A stretch of 64,000 nucleotides of DNA from Haliotis rufescens (Eukaryota), in contig NW_025963868.1 of NCBI RefSeq assembly GCF_023055435.1, positions 21,576,001 through 21,640,000 of the forward strand. Reading direction: 5' to 3'. Made by a program: the position numbers and the translations under genes. Under the pieces are notes generated by a model. It searched no databases, was not told the origin of the DNA, and was given only the letters and a program-made list of their open reading frames with translations. Of this stretch, positions 27,248 to 39,424 are shown piece by piece; positions within the stretch are counted from its first letter, which is position 1; each line of letters begins with the position of its first letter.

Positions 27248-28302
27248 GCCATCACATGAAAAGGTGTGGGAACAAAATATGTCATACTGTCCTATGATAA
27301 TAACTTATGTTTTCAGTTACTGGTTTGCTGGCTTAAACTTCATTATTTGCAAAACATTGTGATAACTGATAAAGCTGGAATATTTCTGCGTCAAACAACA
27401 TTAAATCACCAAAGTAATATTACATATTGCCTATAATTGTACTGTATAATATATTATATATCACATATTATAATATGTACTACATTGTACTATCAATTGA
27501 AAAGTTCTGTTACTTAGTAAGGGGAAAAGTTCCGAATACAATGGTCATTTAATAAATTCAGAGTACTGTTGACCTTTTCCTGGTCCACAGGTCGACCTAT
27601 CAACATGATCAATCATTGTGCTGTGGGTACAGTTAAATGTGTTCAAACAAGGGGTAATGGTCATAAAGTGATGTTCCAACGAGTGACTTGACCACAATCA
27701 TCATGGACAGCAACAGCTGGGGAGTGGTCATTATGTGCAGTGACCTGTCCTTATTAACATATTCATCACAATTTTAACATTAAAATAGAAACAGTAGTGT
27801 TTCCCCAGTACCTTCAAAAGGGTATCCAACTTGATGTTGCCATGGTTAATAGAACATGTAGATATAATTCATGAATAATATCATCAGTGTTTGAAATTAA
27901 TAATGAATATAATAAATAATTCATTTTCGTCATGTGATGCCCATGAAATCTTTTCAAAAATGGATTTTGAAAAGGTCTGATATCAATAAACCAGTTTTCA
28001 ACACAAATAAACATTAATAATGTAAAACACAACTGTAAAAATCATGTATGGCAGAAAGAAGTCAGTTGATCTCATGTGAAGGGTAATGGATAAAGGGTTC
28101 TCCACACTTAAACACAACAGCAATCCTTGAAAAACGTCTTAATTTTGAACCACAGTCAGTAAAACAAGTGTGTCTTGGAGGAGAGGTATCTCACACCGTG
28201 GTGAACGGTTAACGATTAAGGGGTTCCTTGATTCAAATACTACATCAGCAAACCAGAAGCGTTCCCCGAACTGATGTGAAACACTGGCTGGGAAAATGAA
28301 CT

Positions 28303-28810
28303 GATATCTTGGAGAGAAGTATATCTTGGAGAGAAGTATATCTTAGTGAGAGGTATATCTTGGAGAGAAGTATATCTTGGAGAGAAGTATATCTTAGTGA
28401 GAGGTATATCTTGGAGAGAAGTATATCTTAGTGAGAGGTATATCTAGGTGAGAGGTATATCTTGGTGAGAGGTATATCTTGGAGAGAAGTATATCTTGGT
28501 GAGAGGTATATCTTGGTGAGAGGTATATCTTGGAGAGAAGTATATCTTGGTGAGAGGTATATCTAGGTGAGAGGTATATCTTGGTGAGAGGTATATCTTG
28601 GTGAGAGGTATATCTTGGTGAGAAGTATATCTTAGTGAGAGGTATATCTAGGTGAGAGGTATATCTTGGTGAGAGGTATATCTTGGAGAGAAGTATATCT
28701 TAGTGAGAGGTATATCTTAGTGAGAGGTATATCTAGGTGAGAGGTATATCTTGGAGAGAGCTAGATCATGGAGAGAGCTAGATCATGGAGAGAGGTAGAT
28801 CTTGGAGCGA
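28303..28810. repeat. 17-bp minisatellite (gtatatcttggtgagag variants, roughly 27 units)
   Basis: Directly visible. Confidence 0.95.
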
Positions 28811-28812
28811 GG

Positions 28813-29170
28813 TACCATATTCGACGTAATAAGCACCCAGGGCGCTCTCAAAATTAGAAAAAGGGGGCCCTTATTAGAATATGATTTTGGTAAAAAAGTT
28901 GAAAGATCGTGAATTTCATGGTTTATGCTGACAGCCTGAAATGATACAAGTATGTGCGTATTATGCACGACAGATATATTTTTCCAGATTTTAATTGCCC
29001 CTTATTATAGGTGCATATCACATGAGTGTGTATTATACATGAATAAATAAGTCTTGTGAACATTGATCAATCACAGGGGTGCTAATTGGGATTGTTCAAT
29101 AACCAATATATTAGCAAATATCACTGTGGGCGCTTATTAGAGCGAGGCGCTTATTACGTCGAATACGGTA
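28813..29170. mobile_element. CCGTATT-family MITE
   Basis: TIRs taccatattcgacgtaataagc / gcttattacgtcgaatacggta. Confidence 0.85.
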
Positions 29171-29796
29171 TATATCTTATGGTGGTGAGTGGACGTATCA
29201 GGGTACTTGCAGTCTGGTTCATGTTGTACTGCATATTTTCCCTTGACTCTTCAAACTGGGGGTCATAATGCCTCCCTTGATGTGCTGCAAGGAGTTCCAG
29301 GTCTAAGGGGTTCATTTTATGACTTTTCCAGCATTAGACAAAGCTGATATCAGTTGTATTTTATATGACTGATTCAAATTTTAATATGTCGACAGTATTA
29401 TGTAATTAAGTTACTGATTTTGAAAGACTGAATGATCTGAATCACGATTGAGGCCATGGAGAAATTAGGTTGTGTATATTTTCTATGTCAAATATGCATG
29501 TTTTCACAGCAGGGCAAACTCTGGTAATGATAAATTTTGTGTCAATATTTTACGCAACATGATACCTAAAATGGTGAGGTTTATCATCCAGAAGATATAT
29601 ATTCCAGGAAATACCAAAAACACGTTTTCCTATAATTTCACACAAAAAGTATGCAAAAAACACGAGAAAATATGGTTATTTTCAGATAGTTTTAGGAGTC
29701 ACCTTGAAATATGCTTGTACCGTTTTGTAATGATATCACCATTCACTGAATGTTCCATGATCATAACACCACCAATGTGTCACTGCACGTGTCAGT

Positions 29797-30201
29797 TAGG
29801 GCTGGGAAGGGTAACTCGGGTACTCGGGTCGGGTGGGTCCTGAGTAGAACCTGGGTACCCACAGGACTACCCGGACCCTTGGTTAGTCACATGATATATT
29901 GTTTATTGACAAAAACTCACTATAGCTCTGTGGTTACACTTCTAGTCCCTAATGTTCACATTGCTTTCTAAGGATTCACACATTCCTTTTGACTTGTATA
30001 TGTTTGAGTAAAGATAAAGCTTGAGTCTACTTCATGTGTGCATGCTCTGATCATTTGATACATGTTTCTAAATAGTTCTTGCCAGGGCTGCAGTAAAACA
30101 ATTTCAAATCAGACATTTTGTTCCCTACTCTTGAGACATACAGCGGATACCTGGGTAGGGTCGGGTACCCGGGTAGTAAATTTGGACTCGTCCCAGCCCT
30201 A
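29797..30201 (+). mobile_element. Full-length hAT-like MITE
   Basis: TIR tagggctggga / tcccagcccta and a perfect 8-bp TSD gtgtcagt on both sides. Confidence 0.9.
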
Positions 30202-31188
30202 GTGTCAGTTTTGGCTAAGTTGTACAATATGAAGCAAAACTGAGACAACATCTCTATAATCAAGGCAATCATTGTTTGACTGATTGATATAACATTTTGA
30301 GTTCCCTCACATACAAGTGAGGTTTGTATCTTTGAAAATCGTTGCTAAGATATGTCACATTAAGATGCAGAAATTCTGCTGCTAAATAACCCAGTCCTAC
30401 ACAATTAAATCCTGAAATGAGAGGGTCAGTCCAGCACCCTTTTATTGGCTGGAAGGGGGAAAGAATACTCCTTTCCTTTATTTTAAGTATTGATCTATGT
30501 GTTTATTCTGTTATTGTTGAAGAGTATCTTTAAATAAAACATATCCCCCTAAATAATTCGGTAATTATAATTTATTTCAAATTTAAACATAATTTGGAAG
30601 GACGGCAAAACATCATTAACTTGTGTAATATTTTGTGTGAAGCATCCCTGGCAGTTCGTTACTTCAGCGATATACAGTAAGTGACTTGCACCACCTGTAA
30701 GCATTCATAATTAAAAAAAATACAGTGATAACAAAATCTAAATTATTTTTTAAATCAGTTTCTTATAACCCACTTATCACAAAAACACTAACGTTTTCTT
30801 GTAAAAATTAATTCCATCAATGTCAGGATATAGATCTACCAATTCATAGATCACAAAACCTTCAATGTATAGGCCTATGATTCATTTGGACTAGATCTAA
30901 TAAATTAATATCACTCTATCTTACAAAATACAGAATTAACACCAAAACATCGAGTAAACAGTATGTTAACGAATGCGTTTGTCTAGACGCGGCATTAGCC
31001 AAACACCACCAGAAGTCGCTTAATAGAATATCATTCATTATCAGTTGTCATTCAAATGGTATACGCACGAAGAATAGATCGAATGTGTTCCCACCGTTCT
31101 TCGCGCTGGATTTTCGAATCTAAAATGAAGCTTTGAATTCTAGACATTTAGTACATATGCTAAACGTTTCTTACAAACGCACACTTAC

Positions 31189-31234
31189 CTTCCGTTAAAA
31201 CCAAGCATGTGAGAAACAGTAAAATAAGCTCCAT
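31189..31234 (-). CDS. Putative first coding exon (signal peptide MELILLFLTCLVLTE, phase-1 intron) of an unidentified secreted or membrane protein
   Basis: ATG in context gcgATGg, hydrophobic 15-mer, perfect donor AAG|GTAAGT at 31189/31188, ~60 bp downstream of an NRF1-like motif. No downstream exon confidently identified. Confidence 0.6.
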
Positions 31235-31261
31235 CGCTTCTCTCTAAAATCCACCTGCCAT

Positions 31262-31450
31262 TATATCCAGTGTCATCTGCTATTCCTTGACTCACTGCGC
31301 ATGCGTACGGCGATGTCAACAATGTTGGTGCTTCCCACGTCGCCTTGTCTATTTCAGTCGTTCGCTGTTCAATGTTCTTGAGGCATGGAGAAGAAATGCA
31401 CTCGGCTGGATTAACGAGCTGCGGCTATTTAATCTGAAAGGCGTGTTGGT
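31262..31450 (-). promoter_or_regulatory. Putative promoter: NRF1-like TGCGCATGCG (31296-31305) and AP-1-like TGACTCA (31288-31294)
   Basis: Motifs seen directly in a locally CpG-rich, repeat-free stretch next to the candidate exon. Confidence 0.55.
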
Positions 31451-31909
31451 TTAGGAATGTGTTCCTTTCAGAATCAGATTTTTTTTTCTTTTGAAAGGAC
31501 GAAGGCGTTCAAATATGTCAGCTTATAAATATACGATAAATATACTGACATATATATGATACATTTGTCTTGTGAACGTTATGGTAAATTAAACAGTTTA
31601 ACCATTTACCATTGTTGTTTTTTAACGATAGGTTAAAAACTGCAAATATTGACATGACGAAAACATAAATTGCATTTATTAGAAATCTCATCATTAGTCT
31701 TATTTTGTCTTCAAAATGGTCAATGCATGATGCATTTATACATGGTGAATATTATCGACCCATGCTATTTTGGTGAGGCAATGGCCGCTGTTATTAGTGA
31801 ACGGTACTATTGACTGCAAGGACGAATAATTGTGAGGCCCCACAGGACTCTAGCTGCTCGAGCAGACTTCAACAGGCGTCTAGCGTGTAAATAACAAACA
31901 AGAACCTTG

Positions 31910-32170
31910 TGTGAAGTTCGGGTTAGAATAGGCCCCCATGAACAAACTGTACGTGTTGGTTGTAAGAGGCGACTATAAGTGGATTGGGTTGTCAGACTCA
32001 GTGTCTTGTTGACAGTGTCTCATCATGCATACCTTTCAAAAAGACACGGATCGATCGTTGCTCACAACATCAATCACTGGATCGTCTGGTCCAGACGCGA
32101 TTACTCAAAGACCGCCGTCATATACCTGCATTGCCGAGTGAGGCGTTAAGCAACAATCAAACAAAACAAA
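31910..32170 (+). mobile_element. Diverged SINE-A
   Basis: gtgaagttcgggttagaatagg...agaccgccgtcatata...ggcgttaagcaacaatcaaaca. Confidence 0.8.
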
Positions 32171-32516
32171 ATCTGTTTCGGTTGCGATTGGATAGTGCAT
32201 GTTCAACAATACGTACAGTATTCGAAATAAACATATATTCTTCTCTACTTAAAACCCCTTGCCCTTAATTAAAATAATACTTTAAAATGTCCATACGTAT
32301 TGGTCTAAAGAATTTATTATTTTCATATCGTGTTAGGGAGTCCATTGGATTTATCAACCCACTGGCCGTAAAGAATCATTCGGAAGTTTGACCTATTGCC
32401 ACGAAGTGGAACAGTGGTCTTTTATGGGCGCACACTTGAAAACCTTTCACGAACCTTTCTGTATGTTATAATTATGACATGCTGGTTTCCTGTGCTCGAG
32501 CTGTATGATGTATGAT

Positions 32517-32756
32517 GTCCCTTGGGCACGCCAGAAACCTATGATTATGGGTTCAAATCCCGGTTCGCCCCGATTATGTTTCTAGGTAAGTCCGCACCAT
32601 ACCCGTGCTCTTGATTTTCATCGAAGTGGTAAACGTTTGAGACCAGCATGACTTGGGGCTTTCCTCCCACATTAAGCTGACACGCCGTGATATAACTGGA
32701 ATAATGTAAAAAGCTGCGTTAAACCCAACTCACTCACTGACACTCATTCACTCACT
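32517..32756 (+). mobile_element. 5'-truncated SINE-C
   Basis: Closely matches ~9398-9618. Confidence 0.88.
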
Positions 32757-33101
32757 TACAGCACGACGAGGTTGCTCGAGACCTACTCTGGCCGGACTCC
32801 AGCGGGGTCAGTTTTCGTGATGACCTCAGTAAATCAGCTGTTTGTTTAAGAAATATAAACCTATAACAACACTGTTTTGTGATCACAATATGTTATATTA
32901 TATGTCTACTAGAAGATGTTGTCAGACGAACAGTATTCGTTGTTGTCACATTGACAGCTCACTCCAAGTATTTAGGTATTGTAAACATAAGTTGACTTTC
33001 CATAAGTGGTTGTTCCTTGTGTTCGGTAACTGTAACACACATACCAGTATCCCTTTCAAAATTTGAGTTGTATATATAATTGCATAAATGGGGTTTAAGC
33101 C

Positions 33102-33498
33102 TAGGGCTGGGACGGGCAACTCGGGTACTCGGGTCAGGTGGGTCCTGAGTAGTACCCGGGTACCCTCATAGCTACCCGGACCCGTGGTTAGTCGCTAATG
33201 TTCCCATTTCTTTATGATGATGATGCACACATTCCTTTTGACTTGTATATGTTTGAGTAAAGATAAAGCTTCAGTCAACTTCAGTGTACGCATGATTCGA
33301 TCGTTTCATGAGAGACCATATAAATTATGGTCTCTGGTTTCATACATGTATCTAAACAGCCAGAGCTACAGTTAAACTATTCCCAATTAGACTTTGTGTT
33401 CCCAACTCTTGTGACCTACAATGGGAACCCGGGTAGGGTCGGGTAATAGGGGGCTTGGTACCCGGGTAGTAAATTTATTTGGACTTGTTCCAGCCCTA
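33102..33498 (+). mobile_element. hAT-like MITE
   Basis: TIRs present; TSD tttaagcc / tttaagac (7 of 8). Confidence 0.88.
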
Positions 33499-34336
33499 TT
33501 TAAGACAACGGAGACCTAGCTGTAACTATGGTATCTGTTGAAGCAATGTCAGAAAGCCGAAGGACTATTGCTAAGTGCACCGTTAATCAAATACTCAAAA
33601 CAAACAGAAGACAGGAATATGATTATCACAATGTCTTTTACCATTTATTGACGCTTTACCTTGACTTGGGCCGAGGTTTATTCTAAACGTCTGATGATTC
33701 TAGTCTATTTGATGTAAGCATACACGTGCACCCGATCTCCGTCTCCCGTAACACGTACCGCGGCCAGGGTATACCGTATTGTGTTACACGCTTCCCAGCC
33801 TCATATATCGTCTTTACGGGAGTAGGGTGCATTAAAAATGCACGACGGCAACTTTATGAATACGGATTTGTATTTTTTACGCCGGGTGCTGTACGATCAC
33901 TGGCACTGAGTCTGTATACTTGAGCCGTCCATGCACAGACTACCCGCGGAGACTGTCCGCGGCGCTGACACTTAAGACCGTCAAGATATATCTTTCCGAC
34001 TCCAGCACAAAGCTTTTTTAATATCATCCGTTAACGTGTTAATAAGCTGCACGTAATATATCCCCTTGAACCTTGAGCTCTTTCACTGAACGTTCACGTG
34101 CTCCCTCGTTTTGGTTTAAAATACTTAAACAATGGTTGACTAATTTGTTACTTATATTTGATATCCTCCCTTTAAATGGTTTATACATGTAAGCAATCAA
34201 CTCATAAAATCTGTTATCCATGTCTCATGTCTTCATGTTTTTCCAACTTTTAAATGCCTGAGCACTGAACACATCATCATATTTCACCGTTTTATATTCG
34301 TGATACCATATTACATAATAATTAATTATAATTATG

Positions 34337-34337
<1 letters not shown>

Positions 34338-34381
<44 letters not shown>

Positions 34382-34416
34382 TGTGTGTGTGTGTGTGTGT
34401 GCGTGCGCGCGCGCGC
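34338..34416. repeat. (GCGT)n(GT)n(GC)n compound microsatellite
   Basis: Directly visible; alternating purine-pyrimidine tract. Confidence 0.95.
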
Positions 34417-34553
34417 TTGTAGTAGTCCTCGTCCAAGATAATGTTAGCCCACTAAGATACCATGTTTAACATGAATACCCCACTGAGACACAGTATACTG
34501 ACTCCGAGCCGACCAGTCCTTATTTTAGCGCCTTAATGCCGAGCGCTGGGGAT

Positions 34554-37500
34554 TAGTCCAGTAATTAAAGGTTTATTTTTCATGAAGGTTCAACAAAATT
34601 GACGGAAAAGGTTTTTTAATGCATTTCACTGCCTTGATAGGTCCACTTTAAAAAAAAATAGTTTACCAAAATTTGACTTGGGGAAACACCCCAAATAGGT
34701 CAAATCCAAGATGGCCGCCATCAATACAAACGAAAATCGAAAAAGTAAAAAAAAAAAGAATCAATCAAAATCTAAACATGGATGATGACTCTATTTATAA
34801 TCAACTTCATAGGACCAAGACAGGGGAATATATACTTAACAATTTTGAAGTGAAATCTTACACAGAAATAAATTACGGCTGCTCGAAAAGTGAAAGAAAT
34901 GCAATTGTTCCATATCGACTACAAAATACTTAACACAGGCTTATAAAGAGGGAATAACCCTGCAATACTACAGTTTACAAGTCAAACTTACTACCAATTT
35001 AAATGTCTAAAGTTCAAGACAGTCTTTATATTATCAGTAATGTCAGAAAAGTCATGACTTGGTCCATTTGAAAATGTCATCCCTTTGCATTGTCCACATG
35101 CTGAGGTATATTGTAGACCAAAAAAATTCTGCATGAGCATGTGTTTTCATCACACTTTCCAGCGCAATTGAATCTGATTATTTTCAACAGAAATTTAGGA
35201 GTGACAGCTTGGTGCCTTGTGATTGGTTTCAATATAGTGCCCTTGTTGCCCTTATGAAGCGTCCAGCCCCATTCTGTCGCATCCATATTGTTACCTAGCC
35301 AGGTCTGCACTTGGAGTCAGACTCGTTGGATGGGCAATCTGGCAGCATCTGATGTCGGTGGAAGGTGTCGAAGGGGTAGGTAATTTGAGCTTGATACATA
35401 CCTTCTCAGTGAATTTCGTCACAGTGTCACACGTTCGAAATTCAAATCCAAGCCAGGCATACAGCCGTAGAGGATTGCAAGTGCCTGATTACCAGCCTGC
35501 TCGATTTCTGCATGGTTTCCACCTGTCACCATGAAAACCTTTGAATATTCCCGAGACCATCCCTATGCCATATGGCCTCGATGTTGTGTCACTCCCTGAC
35601 AATGCATGTACAAAGAGCAAAGAATGTCTGAGATTAGGGTCAAGGATCATCTATAGGATGAAGATGTCAATGATCTTTGTACTTGTGTGAAGATAGATGG
35701 CCTCATGGTATCGCGTCTGAAGTGATATTGCATCAGGATGAGAAGGTCGGTGTCATTCCCTACCACTACCACAGTCTGTGTTTGAGCCAATGTACAGGCA
35801 GACATTTCAATGTCATAGTCAGCATCTCCGGATGAGTGTTTAATCTGATGTTTAGTCACTTGGTGTCATGTTGATAATCGACAAGAATATCTCAGAGCTC
35901 TTCCTGGGGTATATAATGTCAGAATGGAGCAACTGCATGCAACCAGAACACAGTGGTCGACACACACGTGCACAGAAGTGGAGCACTCCACAAACTATCT
36001 AGTTTGCTATTCTTTTCATCAAGACAGAAGTCACCAATTGGTGGATAGATAATGTTCGCCAGCACTGCCTTTGGATTTCTTTGTGAGAATAGTTTGACAC
36101 TGTTGATTTTTTAACATCATCCAAGTCCACCTTAACTCTTGGTACCCTCCGTTTCAACATCTCGCCCATGGCATGGATTGAGCCAGTGCCATCAAACCTT
36201 TTGCTGGCATGATCTATATAACCAGCCTGGTATTGCACGAATGTATCTGCAATGTCACTGATTAGGTGAACACCATGAGTGGTCACCGAGAATTTTCTAA
36301 ATTTACGAGGAGCTGAAACCGAGTTGGCTTATCATATCCACTAAATTACGATGACCATATTTGTGTTATAGTGTGATACTTTGTAAAACCTGTCGAGGAG
36401 GCAGAAATGATGGGGATATGACGAATGCATTATTGCCTGACCCAATGACGCAGTATGGGGTTTACTGTTTCAGCTCTTGATGATAGCTTGAAGGAGGATG
36501 CGTAATGCATGTGGGAGGTAATCAAGATTGGTGTCAAGCAATGCCATCTGCTCATTGTCGAGATACACATCAACATGTTTCGACATGCTCTCTACCTGCG
36601 TATGCATGTATCCTCCCCCAACTTTAATCAAACTGTCCATGTCGGATTTGTCCACCTTTGCAACATTTTCATATGCTGTAAGAGTTGCAATGTTAGGTTG
36701 TTGCCTGATTGTAGTTATGAATACCTTGTTCCCATAGTGATTCATGAATTCCCTTTTCAGCTGAGATGTAGTGTGTAGTTGATCATCACTCAGTGCACTC
36801 ATTGACTTCATAATGTGATGCAAATTGTCCAAAGGAATCGTTTCATCATCATTCTCTTCCAAGTAATCAATGGCAATCTCAAATGCTGTCATCTAGGACA
36901 TACACTTCAGTCGACCAAGTCTCCGTTTCTTTGGTGGAGCCTCCTCATGTTCAATATAAGCTGCAGGTATACTTGTCGCTCTCCGAAAATTCTTATCACA
37001 AGCATGGTGATGGATAGCTTCTTCAGCTGGTAGATCGTATATGGGCACGATACTTGACTGTACCATCTTGGCCCAATCATCTTGCCTGTTGACACAGTAT
37101 GTTGCAGACATATGTTGAGTAACTTCCTGGAACTCAAGAGCCATCGCACGGCTGTAGTACACTTCTATATGGATGTTTGTATGCAAAATCCTGGTCAATA
37201 CAAGTACCACATAGCATACTTCGACACTGTCTGTGTACCAACAGGCTACAGTTGTATATGATGTCAGGTGCATCTAATTTGTGCAGTCTGTTTGCATCTA
37301 ATTCGTGCAGTCTGTTTGCGTTATTAATGCTACATCAGCATTTTGCAGTCAACTTCACATAATCCTGGGGTTTGTCCAGGTTAACTGGTTCCATACATAG
37401 CAAACAAGTAGCCATCTGTGATCTACATAGGACACCTTCAGTTGAGAATAGTCACCTGCGAATAGTAACAGTTGATAGAAATATGGTTGACATGTGTACA

Positions 37501-38275
37501 GATACAAATGTTGCTTTTCCGATTATAGCAAATGCTTTTTGTGCTAAATGTCTTGATTATATCTTCAGAATTAACTTTTAATCAAAGTTTCTGAGAAGCT
37601 AATACCATTTGAGAAAAATAACTGCTTCCCGGAGTTTGGATTATCTCCCTTGATTTTCCTTGAAACAAATGTTGATTCTAAAATGTTTCAATTTTTTTAT
37701 TTATATTTGTTCATATTTTCATCAGTTATTCCTCTCTAGAGCCAATATCAACTATATATAATACAAGTTTTCATTTTAGCTATAAAAGAAAAATAGCTTA
37801 TACATACCTTTATGTTCTTGAGGTCTATCTTTAAAACATTGTATGCTCGGCCACCATTTTGAAGAAGGGGATACTTTGTTTTTTTCGATTATATTTGTTT
37901 CTAACTTGATTATTTATGTGAAGACAATAAACTGTATAACTTTATATGTAAAAAGTCAACATTATAATAAATCGGTTCATGTTCTGAAAGAATTACTCAT
38001 ATTAACAAATTTGTGTACGTTTTCGTCATTTTGAAGCATTATTTTAGCTAATATAGATAGACTCACCATAAATGTTTTTATTGTTATTGGTCCCCCAGAC
38101 TATTATTACTTTTGTTGGCGGACATCTTGGATTTGACCTATTTTCGGATGGTTCCCCATGTCCGATTTGGGTAAACTACTTTTTATTTTAATGCATATGT
38201 GTCAAGGCACCAAAATCCAGCAATAAACCTTTTCCGTCAATTTTGTTGAACCTGGACCTTTTAGTTACTGGACTA
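34554..38275 (-). mobile_element. Academ-like DNA transposon, decayed
   Basis: Termini TAGTCCAGTAA...TTACTGGACTA, ~165-bp imperfect TIRs, 3-bp TSD GAT, fragmented transposase on the minus strand. Confidence 0.8.
35040..37450 (-). pseudogene. Fragmented Academ-type transposase (XPG/PIN-like GDAD...DTDLL motif; C-terminal WGW...PI...Cys-rich finger)
   Basis: ORF pieces 36893..37273, 36470..36892, 35999..36286, 35647..35859 (HSSGDADYDI...VVVGNDTDLLILM) and 35077..35310 (TEWGW...LKPI...NCAGKCDENTCSC), collinear, with stops and frameshifts. Confidence 0.75.
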
Positions 38276-38340
38276 GATCGCACCCAGACCTTCCGCTCGC
38301 CGGGCGGACGCTCTACCACTAGACCACGGGGGAAGGAGAG

Positions 38341-39348
38341 ACGTACACTCATTACACACATAGCGTGTTGGTTGTGTCAGGATATGTTCCCGTGCATGTA
38401 AGTTCCGCTTGCCATCTCAGCATCCCTCCCATCCAGGGTGTTTCTGGCACGACATCTCGGTCACATCCGGAGAAGACAGCAGTCGCCGCGGATTTGTATG
38501 CCACCCCCCAAAAATGGCAAAAACGCCCCAACACACAAAAAGACGAAACAAAAACGATGTACCTTTCGCATATAGCAAGCACAATATCTCGGGAATGCTG
38601 CGGAGCATATAGAAATTATCAAGTGCGAATCTCTACTTGACACGCAGACCGTATCCTCAGGGAGCAACAGAATTGAATAATACACAGACTACCCTCCTCT
38701 CTCCTGTCCCTCGCTGAGTAAAATATTGATGAACACTGACTCCCTCTGATAATCTGCAGTTCCTGATCCACGGAGGTAGTTAGTCTCTCTATAAACCATC
38801 CTCGGCAATGAAAGGATGTTTTCCAAGCAAGCCTATGCAAGGAAGCCCTGGTATTAAATGGCCCTCCTGTCAACATCAATTTTTACCCAGACTTGAAAAG
38901 GGTTTTGTGCGAAAAGCGGTGGTGTTGTTTATCTGGAAATCAAGGTAAATATATTCCTTTATCATCTGTGTTCATCAAAGATTGCTTAGCCTATGGTGCG
39001 ACGCACAAGTATAAAAGCAGAAATACAGCGGCGCCATCGCGGGCTTGGGAAAATGAGTTCACTCATGTGGGCGGAGGTAAACTTAAATACCACATTGGGA
39101 TTCCACAGTATCTGCTCCTTGTCAATGGATGTGAAGCAAAATGAGAATGTTGTTCTCACACGCAGGGGTCGATATCGCTTGTAAAGACCGACCACAATCT
39201 TAATTGACAGTTTCGACAGTCCAACCATGATACATATTCATGTATTCAATCAATGTCAAAATGTCTTACGTCGTTTTCTAAATTTGAACAACATACGCCC
39301 GAGACCATGGCAACTAACGTTTCTTGTTATTCAGTATGAGAATGTTAA
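38341..39348 (+). other. ~336-codon frame interrupted by eight TGA and one TAA; product unknown
   Basis: ORFs 38365..38640 and 38893..39144 share one frame; manual translation between and beyond them finds no TAG and only TAA 38719 before the terminal TAA at 39346. Confidence 0.35.
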
Positions 39349-39424
39349 TCTGCTAACTTTCTGTTTGACTGTTTCAATCAATCTGTATCAGCGCAATCGC
39401 CCTTCTGTGCGAGTATGTAAAACT

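Larger units (their letters stand above)
34430..38332 (-). mobile_element. SINE-D split by the DNA transposon (body 34430-34553, tRNA-like head 38276-38332)
   Basis: ...ccttaatgccgagcgctggggat | gatcgcacccagaccttccgctcgccgggcggacgctctaccactagacc rejoin into a B-box/A-box head in reverse. Confidence 0.7.
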
